From the NCBI GenBank assembly GCA_951406725.2, contig OX597823.1:83142001-83206000 (forward strand): DNA of 64,000 nt. Direction: 5' to 3'. The notes below the pieces were generated by a model. That model was not told where the DNA came from. It made no database searches and saw nothing but the letters and a program-made list of their open reading frames with translations. The stretch's first letter is position 1. Each line of letters starts with the position of its first letter. Below, one piece after another: positions 1-10,388 of this stretch. A program made the translations under genes and the position numbers. The DNA is from Octopus vulgaris. Its lineage: Eukaryota.

Positions 1-178
1 ACGCGTTGTGTTCTTGAGCAAAACACTTCATTTCATGTTGCTCCAGTCCACTCAGCTGGTAAAAATGAGTAACGCTGCGATGGACTGGCGTCCCGTCCAG
101 CTTGGGAACACATACGCCACGGAAACCGGGAAACCGGGCCCATGAACCTGGTTAGGCTTTAAAAGGGCGCATTTATAT
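1..178 (+). mobile_element. tRNA-derived SINE group A (CORE-like centre, tail type i), 5' part outside window
   Basis: TGTTCTTGAGCAAAACACTT...GCTCCAGTCCACTCAGCTGG...AAATGAGT then GCGATGGACTGGCGTCCCGTCCAG; near-identical reverse copy at 34663-34926. Confidence 0.8.
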
Positions 179-1299
179 ATTATTTTTAGAATAGCAATAA
201 AGGACATTCCCTTCGTAATCACCACGTCTTATTTATTTACAGGCATGGAGCATTTAGGCCTACATTATTCAATATTATCTTCCTATATAAGATGGTAGAG
301 TACAGCTTCCCTGTAGGTCGTGTGGTCATGCAGTGGGTCCTGCATTTGCTAATTCATTGGTGTGTATGTGTTCCTTTTATTTGTGTGTGGGTGTTGATAT
401 ATGGAGAAATGTTAAACAATTCTAGACACATTGGCCGTATATTTTAACGGAAGATTTACGGAAAAAATAAAGCAGTAGATTTTTCGTTTAGACAGAAACA
501 ATTATCTCTATATGTCAAACTACAAATAAAATTGGATTTATGTTTCTATTTTTTTATATATTTCCTTTCTCAGTTGTTTCTTTACTTTTTTAAATGCGGG
601 ATTTAATTCAAGTAAATGGGGAAGATTGAAATGAAACTTTATTAACTTCGGATATTCTGACCATTTTTAACATAACTATATATATATGTATATTTAAGTA
701 TTTTACTGCGGTAGTTTTGCGATATATTCACATTTGAAATGTTGCCACATTTCAAATAATTCTGAATCAAATCCGCTGCCAAGTCTGTACAACTTTATAA
801 AAATATAGACACGGGAAATCGAAGTCAAAAGATAGATACTAGCCAACTTCACTCATGGTGCCTTTTTTAATGAATGAAGTAGAATATTGTATGGTTGATT
901 TTATTTTATAGCAAAAGCACAGACAATAATTATATACGGCCATAGTTACAACCATATATGTGTGCGTGTTTGTGTGAGCACGTGTGAGCATGTATGAGCG
1001 CATGCGCCTGTGTATGTGAATAGGAATACACACACACATACATACATGGATACATACATACATACATGCATGCATACATACATACATACATACATACATA
1101 CATACATACATACATACATACATAAAGATACTTATACATGGTGCGATGGGTAAATTGTCGCCATTTTATATTTTTAATTTCGCGCATGCACGTTGTTTTT
1201 TAATGTGTTGACTACACAGTATAGTAGGGTCAGCTAGGTACCGTCTGTGAGAAGAACAGCACCATGATGCAATTCCTTCTGCCAGAAATATTTGCGAAG

Positions 1300-1545
1300 A
1301 GGTCGCAGTTATCTCAGCGAGCGAGACTGGCTACCCTGAACTGACGACCAGCAATAGACTAAGAAACATATGTTTTCAGGTGCTTAGTCCCAGCTGGCGG
1401 GGGTGATTGCCTCCCCTTTGCAAATATAAGGACATAGAAAATGTGTCAAAGCCGACAGTAGATGTCGATGCTTCCTAGGACTGAACGGCGGTGGTGTAAT
1501 TCCCTTACGGGACTGTCATATAGAGTTGACAGCATACGACCACTG
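1300..1545 (+). mobile_element. Penelope-like element terminal-repeat relic carrying a hammerhead motif
   Basis: Colinear similarity to 37720-37930 (GGACA.AGAA.ATGTGTCAA, TTCCTAGG.CT.AA, GACTGTCA.AT..AGTTGACA.CAT). Confidence 0.55.
1335..1380 (+). ncRNA. Minimal type I hammerhead ribozyme-like motif
   Basis: CCTGAA-CTGACGA-[weak stem II]-GAAA-CATATG-TT-TTCAGG: perfect 6-bp stem I, intact CUGANGA and GAAA core, palindromic stem III. Confidence 0.6.
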
Positions 1546-1582
1546 TAATATAATTGTTCTTTTTGAATTGATAAAAGGTGTT

Positions 1583-1649
<67 letters not shown>

Positions 1650-1653
<4 letters not shown>

Positions 1654-1848
1654 AGAGTAAGCACATCAATGAGAAACAAGATGGAAAAAAATAGTACTCG
1701 AATGCCAGAGGTAGAGTAATATGCTTTATTAAAAAGCAGCAAAAATATCACAAAACTATTACTCTAAGCAAAACTGTCCGACGAACGGGAACGCAAAACT
1801 CTGAGTAACATTTTTTGTGATATTTTTACTGCGTTTCAATAAAGTATA
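1650..1848. mobile_element. Short inverted-repeat element (probable inverted Penelope-like terminal repeat) between (TA)n tracts
   Basis: ~1720-1765 TATGCTTTATTAAAAAGCAGCAAAAATATCACAAAACTATTACTC is the imperfect reverse complement of ~1803-1848. Confidence 0.55.
1770..1815 (+). ncRNA. Degenerate hammerhead-like motif
   Basis: AAAACTGT-CCGACGA-ACG GGAA CGC-AAAA-CTC T GAG-TA-ACATTTTT; core positions U4 and G12 deviate. Confidence 0.4.
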
Positions 1849-1938
1849 TATATATATATGTTTATGTATGTATATATAAAGACAGACAGACAAGCAGACA
1901 AATATTGATATTTGGTTTTATGACGAACTGAGAAACGA

Positions 1939-1989
1939 AGTGATTTTTGATGAAGGCTAGCAGCCTGAAACTTCGAAGTCACAATCACT
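1939..1989 (+). ncRNA. Hammerhead-like motif with C3 mutated
   Basis: AGTGATTT-TTGATGA-AGGC TAGCA GCCT-GAAA-CTTCGAAG-TC-ACAATCACT: stems I and II and palindromic stem III all present. Confidence 0.55.
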
Positions 1990-2502
1990 ATTTACTTGGA
2001 AAATTACCAGAAAATGTACTCTTCAAGAAGTATTGATTAAACCTTTTGCTCAAGGTAAAATCGCCTAAATGTATGTGTGTGTATATGTGTTTGTATATAC
2101 GTATACAGACATACACACACATATATGTAGGTATACGTATGCATATCTCTATACATATATAAGTATATGTATGCATATCCGCATATATGTCTATACAAAT
2201 AGAGTAAAAGAGGGAGAAAGAACGAGAGAGGGAGATCATGTGTGTATCCGTATGAATATTTTTATTCCATCAAAATAATATGGCAGCCTTTACATTTTTT
2301 GTTTTCCTTCGTCTATTAATAATTCATTATTGACAATGGTTGAGAAGCAAACTTCTTACCACACCACGGCGCCAGCGCCTTGGCAGGATTGAATAACTTT
2401 TTCGTAATCACCGCAGAATATGAAAAACCTCCAAGTGATTTGAAGCAATGACTTGATTCCGATTATTGGCAAAATAATTTCACTTCATTTATGCTACTAA
2501 GA

Positions 2503-3678
2503 TACGACGTCTGTCCCAAGAAAGAAACCGAGCGTTTAAACTAAGACATCAACCATTCGACGCAGTGTGGGTGCAACTGAGGTTCAGTGAATGGGAGACT
2601 TTGATCTACTGACTAACAAAGTTTACATAATGCAATATGAAGTGAATGCACCATTGACGTCTCAAGTTCAGCTATAAAGGATTTGAAAAGCAATAGCTTT
2701 GGGAAAAATCCCTCACAAGCGTTTTGAAATCGGGATGAATATTCAACAAAGGCAAATCCAAATCTAGATGATTCCATGACAACGAACGAGGGTGATCCAT
2801 ACCATCGCCTAACTATGTGAATTTTCCGAAAAATAACTAGTTTGTGCTACGGGTTTTGAAAGGAATATTGAAGATGGATCATATTGTAACAGACTTTGTA
2901 ATACACGTGTTGATGGATGAGCAAAAACAAACCGAAGCCGTTGTCAAATATCTGAATACTGACGAAAGCTTTCTGAAAATGTCGTAATTGGTAACGAAAC
3001 GTAAGAGCATAGCTACGATGTTGAAGTAAAACAGCAGCCATTTCTGTGTTTGGTTCATTGTCACTGCCATTAAAATAGCTCGCCTGTCTCGCTCAAACGC
3101 GTTCATGTTGATCGTCAGTTTTAATTGTTATGTCATCATTCATCATGAGATTGTTCCGCTTGGTAAAACGATCAATATAATGCATTACTTTGATGTCTTG
3201 AAGCGTTTGAGAAAGAGAGAGAGAGGTGTGGAAGAGATAGACAAAAAGGAAGGGAGTGACAGAAAGAGAAAGAGCAAGAGAGCAGAGTAAGTGTTTTGGA
3301 GCTTGTTGAATCTGGTTGTTACACCACGACCATGGTCCCCTACTCACGTGCCTCTTCATGTCTGATTTTTTTTGACAATGCACGAGACGTCTCTCGTCCA
3401 TTTCGCCATTGTAGACTGCACAATTTTTTTTTCCGTGTTCCAAAAGCGAAAAATTGCCAATTTCAAACGATGAAGGACTTCGGAAAAAATTAGTAGCGGT
3501 AACTGCTCAATACATCTGAAGGAATCCTAGAACGCTTTCCAAAAGTGGAAACACCGTTGGAAGAGGTTTGTCGGTTGCATGGAAAAGGGCTATTATAAAA
3601 TGTGCAAATCAGCTAAAATTATCGTCCTAACAATAAATTTGTTTCTAAACGCTCGGTTTCTTTATGAACTGGTCTCAG
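2503..3678 (+). mobile_element. Decayed mariner (DD34D) transposon
   Basis: TIR core AAAGAAACCGAGCGTTTA (2521) / TAAACGCTCGGTTTCTTT (3646); broken transposase motifs VVIGNET*EHSYDVEVKQQ, MLIVSFNCYVIIHHEIVPLGKTINIMHYFDVLKRLR, WLLHHDH, FQKWKHRWKR. Confidence 0.85.
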
Positions 3679-4002
3679 GGAATTGAATGCACGACTTGAG
3701 ATCAGACTCCATCCAAGCCTTTCCCTTAAAGTATATGTAATTACAACGAGCAAAAACAAAAACAAAACACCGTTGTCATTTCACAGAAGCAGGATCTTGT
3801 AAATTTATTTAAACATCTGTGAAACAAATTAAAATATTTTTTTCTGGTTCAAGAACTGGAATTTAGGAGAGTTTTAGCATCGATCCTGAGACTTAGGTTT
3901 ATCTACTAATATATATTCCTATGATCTAGGAAGCATCAGATGAAAGTGGGCTGGGGTGAGTGGAATTTGAATCTAGAAGATAAAGGAATTTAATCATAGA
4001 TA

Positions 4003-4164
4003 CAGGTATGACTGTGTGATTAACAGGCTCACTTTCCATCCACGTGGTTTCAGGTCCAGTCCCACTGCACGGCACCTTGAGCAAGTGACCTCTAATATAA
4101 CTCCAGATCGACCAATTCTTTGGGAGTGAATTTGGCTGATGAAAATTGTGTGGAAACCTTTCGA

Positions 4165-4204
<40 letters not shown>

Positions 4205-4618
4205 TCTTTTACTCCTTTACACTTTTATATATATGAATATGTGTGTGCGCGTGTGTGTGCGTGTGCGTGCGTCTGTGTGTGAGTGCGTGTATGGGCATGT
4301 GTATGTGCGTATGTGTGTGTGCGTGTGTGTGTATGTGTGTGTGTGCGTGTGTGTGTATGTGTGTGTATGGGCGTATGTGTGTATGTGTGTGTATGTGCGT
4401 ATGTGTGTGTGTGTCTATTTGTCCATGATTGACATCCCCACCACTACTTCTTGACACTTTGTATTAGTTAGTTTACGTCTCTGGTTCGGCACGAGAAACC
4501 GATAGAAAATGCACCAAACTTCAACAAAATATATACTAAGGTCGATTGGTTCATCTAAAACCCTTCAAGGCGCTTCTCCAGCATGGTCGCACTCCAAAGG
4601 CTGAAACCAGTAAAAAAG
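4003..4618 (+). mobile_element. SINE group B (CORE-like, internal microsatellite), diverged
   Basis: CCCACTGCACGGCACCTTGAGCAAGTG head, (TA)/(TG) insert, CCAGCATGGTCGCA...CTGAAACCAGTAAAA tail. Confidence 0.75.
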
Positions 4619-5062
4619 AAATGTAAATAAGTAAAAAAACAAAAAAAAACGAATGAATAAAAACTGGATTCAAATGTCAGTGTGTCTGAGGTTAAGTAGA
4701 AAATAATGTTCCCGGAAGCGCACTTGTTATTGTTATTAGTATTTTTAAGGGGTCTTTTTGTGTTTGATTAGGTGTTTTTATATATATATTTTTTGGAACC
4801 CTGTTTATAATATTTGTTTCATTACATGATTTACAAAACAAAACAAAAAAAATCTTGTCGATCGTTAGAAACGATTTACTGCTTGGCTTCAAAATATCTG
4901 CATACATGTGATTTAGCAAACCAGGGGGCCTGATAGCGAAATATGAAGCTGGGATGTATGCATACATATATACGAGTATACCTACACACATACACACTAT
5001 ATATGACCGTACAAATCTCACAGAAACGCACTCACACTAAAATATGCATGCATATATGCATG

Positions 5063-5113
<51 letters not shown>

Positions 5114-5290
5114 GTATATACACACATATACATATGTATATATGTATATATATGTGTATATGTATGCATGTATGCATGCACATATATGTGCATATATATA
5201 TGTGTGTGTGTATGCATATATATATATATATAGACAGAGAGAGAGAGAGAGAGGGAGAGAGAGAGTGGGAGAGAAAGGTTTGCATGCTTT

Positions 5291-5370
<80 letters not shown>

Positions 5371-6338
5371 GATAGATAAATGTACATGCAAGTATACGTA
5401 TATATGTGTGTCTGTGTTTTTATATATATATATATATAATACATACACACGCATATATAAGGACATACACAGACATTCACACACACACACACTCACACAC
5501 ACACATACATACACACACACACGCACACACACACATAATCCCAGGCACACTCGTATATCGAACTAACAACGCTAATAAATGACAAAGACTGCCGCGTTTC
5601 GTGCTCACGTATTCATACGCGTTCGTATTATTACTACGTTACTTCTGAAGATATATTCCTTTAGTTCCCACCGTTGCCATTGTGCTTAAAATATATAGCT
5701 ATTTTCCTGTTCAATCAGCAATATAACGTCAGAGAAATAGTTTTAAACAGAGCAGAAAGTAAAATACAGTAAGATCGATTTGTCTGCTGCAGTCACTAAC
5801 AGCTACTAGCGCCTTATTATTATCGATCAGAAAATCTTACAGCAACAAATCGCCATCTTTGATTTTATTTTTCTTCATCTATTTGACTTCTTTTTCTATT
5901 TCTCTTTTACTTTTCATTATATCATTATTCTGTTATCGTTGTTTTGTTGTTGGTGTTGTTTCTTTTGTAGCTTATCTATTTATTTATGCTATTTATCTGC
6001 TTCGGGTCTTTGTTGTCTATTCGTTTGTCTCTTTGCTTGTCTGTCTGTTTGTCTGTATGTCTATGAATCTGTCTCTGCAGTCTATTTGATTATTCGACGA
6101 ATCACTTTGCTTATTTGCATATAAATATACTTTATCTGCATATCTGCATGCATGTGCAATATGTATCCTGCTCACTCACATATGCGTACATGCACGCACA
6201 CACGCACATACACCTACGCACGAAAACACACACGTACGCATTATCACAAACGTAGATAAACACAAACTCTTTCTCTTACACACTTACAAATGAACACAAG
6301 CACAGACATACGTACACACACACACACACACATATATA

Positions 6339-6395
<57 letters not shown>

Positions 6396-6404
6396 CTATA
6401 TATA

Positions 6405-6803
6405 TACTGCATGGCACATTGGGCAAGGGTCTTCCACAATAGCCTCGGGCTGACCAAAGCTATGGAAATGGATTTGGTAAGGGGAAACTGAAAGAAGCCT
6501 GTCGTGTGTCTATTTGTGTGTGTGTGTGTGTGTGTGTCGTTGTGTGTGTGTGTGTCGTTGTGTGTGTGTGTCGTTGTGTGTGTGTGTGTGTGTGTGTCGT
6601 TGTGTTTATCCCCCCCCCCCCGCCCGCTAAGACTTGACAATCAGTGATGGTCTGCTTACGTCCGCATAAGCTAGAGATTCGGCAGAAGATATCGATAGAA
6701 TAAGTAACAGGCTTAAAATATAATTACTGGGTTTCATACAGTTACCAAGGCGGTGCACCAGCATGGCCGCAGTCTAATGAGGGAAGCAAGTAACAAATAA
6801 AAG

Positions 6804-6805
<2 letters not shown>
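6405..6805 (+). mobile_element. SINE group B, 5'-truncated
   Basis: TGGGCAAGGGTCTT...GAAACTGAAAGAAGCC...(TG)n...CAGCATGGCCGCAGTC. Confidence 0.75.
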
Positions 6806-6837
<32 letters not shown>

Positions 6838-6844
6838 TCTTTTA

Positions 6845-7237
6845 TTCTTTTATTCTTTCATTTGTTTCAGTCATTTGACTGCGGCCATGCTGGAGCACCG
6901 CCCTTAAAATAATTTATTCGAATAAATCGACACAAGGAATTTTTCTTTTAAGACTAGTTTGTTATTCTTTTGGTCTCTTTTGCCGAAACTCTAAGTTACG
7001 GTGGTATAAAAACACCAACACCGGTTTTCAAGGGATGTTGGGGACAAGCACAACACGCGGACATATATATACATATATACGACGGGCATCTTTCGGTTTA
7101 TATCTACTAAATCCATTCACAAGGCTCTGATCGGCCCGAGGATATAAAGTAGAAGACACTTGCCCAAAGTGCTACGCTGTGGGGCTGAACCCGGAACGAT
7201 GTGGTTGGGAAGTATGCTTCTTGCCACACGGCCATGC
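6845..7237 (-). mobile_element. SINE group B
   Basis: TTGTTTCAGTCATTTGACTGCGGCCATGCTGGAGCACCG...AAGACACTTGCCCAA is the reverse complement of the group B consensus. Confidence 0.8.
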
Positions 7238-7244
7238 ATATAAG

Positions 7245-7301
<57 letters not shown>

Positions 7302-7494
7302 ATACACCTATCTATCTATCTATCTATGTGTGTGTCTGTGTGTATGTATCTATGTATTTATGCATGCTTATGAGTGTGGAAGTGTGGAAGTGTGCGTGTT
7401 TTTGTATCAGCATGTTTACACAAACATGCGTACACGCAAACGCGCATGCCATCACCCAATTACATTCATACATACTTGTAGATACATACATACA

Positions 7495-7536
<42 letters not shown>

Positions 7537-8317
7537 CATACATACATACATACATACATACATACATACATACATACATACACACATACACACACACGCC
7601 CTCTTATCAATAAATAAACTAATGAGATTATCCGACTTACCAATCTGTAGGAATGGATTACTATGGATTACTATGTAAAAACAACAACAACAACAACAAC
7701 TTCTTACTTCAGCCATCTTGTTTTGTTCGAGAATAGATTTCCAATTGATCCTTTTCTTCCTCTAATGAATGATAAATATTGACATCTTCAATGTTATTTT
7801 CTATAGAATACTTCTATAGCTGGAAGTTCTGCTAGATAATCTGTTTTGGCATCATATTGCGTTTCCAATATTTTATATCCTGCTTTCATCGTGACTAATA
7901 CTTTTGGACTACAGCAGTTATACTTTAAAGAGTTCAAAAGAAAGCGCTTCAACATGGTCACTTTTCTTACTAGAAATAGCAGTTAAATTTGTTGTGGGTT
8001 ATACCACAAGAATTTTAACAGACCCGACATTTGACATTTGTCATCAGGTAAAGTCAAGCTGGTCAACGAGGCCCTTGTCAAGGGATGCCATGCTCCCTCA
8101 TTCTCTGCTAAAATTGGTTGTTAGGTCTTTCCAGCAAAGTCGATGCATTCATTCCTGCAGCGAACAGATATGGCCCAGCCAACTGAAGAAACTCATCAAG
8201 AAGATTAGCACGGCAGCTGAAACCAAATGTAGGTGGTTATGGCCGGCAAGGCAATGGTCACGTATAAAATACTTCTGATCAAGATTTATTTGGGCAGAAC
8301 TGATCTGGGGTTAAATA

Positions 8318-8530
8318 ATCCTTTCTGTTAAAGCCACAAGACTTGAAATTTGGGGGGAGGGAACTAGTCTATCACATCGACTCCAGTGTTTCACTGGTAC
8401 TTAATTCATCAACCCCGAAAGGATGAAAATCAAAGTCGACCTCGGTGGAATTTGAAAGCAGAACGTAGACGGACGAAATGCCGTCAGGCATTATTCCGGC
8501 ATGATACCGATTCTGGCAGCTCGCTGCCTT
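8318..8530 (-). mobile_element. SINE group C (Deu/Nin-like domain)
   Basis: ACCCCGAAAGGATGAAA.TCAAAGTCGACCTCGG; its reverse complement resembles the Deu-domain motif CCTTTCATCCTTTCGGGGTCGATAAA-TAAGTACC. Confidence 0.8.
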
Positions 8531-8639
8531 AGCCTGGGGTTAAATAATAACAATACAAATATACATTAGAAACCACTTGTAGAATTTATTCATTATACAA
8601 CGACCGGGAGACTATTAAATAGCGTCGATACTTAAAATA

Positions 8640-9548
8640 TACGGAGAGAAACCCAAAAGAATCCGGAATTTTGCAATATTATTTTTATTCACTTTTACAT
8701 GTTTACACTTTTATCGCCTTCACAGTATTCTCAGTTTGAAGCAATGCATCGGTCCAGGCGCGTTTTTCACTGTTCGAAGCGGTGCTAGAACTCTTGTTAT
8801 GTGATGCATTTTAACACTTTCGTCGTTTTTTTTTTTCTTCACCTCTTCCACATCTGTAAATTCCGTAGCACCAGCTTTCGACACCAGTGATGACCTTCGA
8901 AAAAAAAGGTCCGGACCAGCTTCCAGCTGTTCTTTCAGTTGATGACACGCATTTACTTGTGATTGCTTTCGATATCCCGTGAGCAAGCAAGACGCAAATT
9001 TTGCTGCAACTCTTTTCATCTGCAATTCCCCATTCAAAATTCGTTGACAAGACCTCCAAGGCACGCCAGTCATATGAACAAGTTTGTCAATTGTTCAGCG
9101 ACAGTCCTCCAAGATCAGTTCATGAATTTTCATGCTATTATTCGTTCGGGAGGTCGACGATCGTCCTGAAACGAGGCTGGTCTTCAACCAAAAGGTGACC
9201 ATTCCTAAAGTGTGGAAACCACTCGTAAACTTGTGTTTTGCTCATGGTAGCGCCCTTTTAAAGTGTTTGAAGCATGACAACTGTTTCGGCCAGCGCTTTG
9301 CCCAGCAGAAAACAGAATTTCACAGAAGCACGCTGTTCCTTCGTTTCAGCCATCGCAAAACTCGACGAAAAGGGGAGAAGCAGTGTAAAAAAAAGACGCA
9401 CCACGTGACAGTACGACCCAATGGAACGACGCCGGTCGGCAGACTGACGCCTCAAAGCGGCATGAAGTGGCTTCTGGCGGCGGAAGCCTGAACTACAACA
9501 GGACGTCCCACAAAGAACGTTTTCGATTAATTTTAAGTACAACCTCGG
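8640..9548 (-). mobile_element. Internally deleted mariner transposon
   Basis: MAETKEQRASVKFCFLLGKALAETVVMLQT (ATG 9353), QRILNGELQMKRVAAKF, FSKVITGVESWCYG joined directly to the C-terminal FTDVEEVKK region; most of the DDD domain is missing and the TIRs are degenerate. Confidence 0.85.
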
Positions 9549-9869
9549 TGGTCAAATGAACTGCTAGAAAAAGCTGCATACAGCCATATCACACTCTGGA
9601 AAAAGGAAAAGTATTGAGCAATGTAATCTTGAATACAATATTCTCTTTTATTGTTGTATTCTATTATTCTGCTGTTGGACTGCGGCTAACGATTAAAACC
9701 AGGAAAGCGGGGTTCCACAAGAAATAATGGGGAGCCTTCGACTTTTTCTATCCGTGGGCTTTTTCAGCCCAATATATATGTGTTATTATTCATAGCTTTA
9801 TCTACTACTTGCTCCACCAATAAAAACAATTTATGTATGTATGCATGTATATCTACGTATGTATGTATG

Positions 9870-10367
9870 CCATTATTCAGTTTTACTTCAAAATTTCTTA
9901 CAAATAGAAAAAGAGCCGGTTTCTATCCAAGGTCCAAGGCCCATTCATTAAAATTTAAACAATATCAACAGGGTATTTTTGTATGTATGTATATGTGCAA
10001 ATTTGTATGTTTTGTTATGCATATAGTTGCATATTTAGACATGCTCATATATACTTAAATGATAAACTTCTGGAAAGTTTTACAGATTTTCACAGTCTTC
10101 GAACAGTTTTCTCCTTTCTGTTTTTGAGAAGCTGAATTTCTCAAGATTGGCATTTGGGCAGTGTGTTACATATCTCAGTACCCCAATAACTACAGGCATA
10201 AACCTGAACTTGCAACCTGGATAAAGTAGCTATAGATTCTTCAATAGTTCAGCGTAGCTATTTTCGTTTTCACTGATCTTTAGCTTTATGTTAACATCAG
10301 CTGGGAAGCTGATTTCCACAACTGTACACAGTTTCTCTTCTCTATCCCAAATTACAATGTGAGGTCT
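9870..10367 (-). mobile_element. 5'-truncated non-LTR retrotransposon with restriction-like endonuclease (R4/Dong-like), embedded in (TACA)n
   Basis: RPHIVIWDREEKLCTVVEISFPADVNIKLKISENENSYAELL resembles the RPD..E..P..K..KY REL motif, followed by MPVVIGVL; 3' region homologous to 54460-54817. Confidence 0.75.
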
Positions 10368-10388
10368 ATGTATGCATGTATGTATGTA

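Noticed and set aside
4132-4165. CTGATGA...GAAA hammerhead-like boxes
   Set aside because: No stem I or II; chance derivative of SINE sequence.
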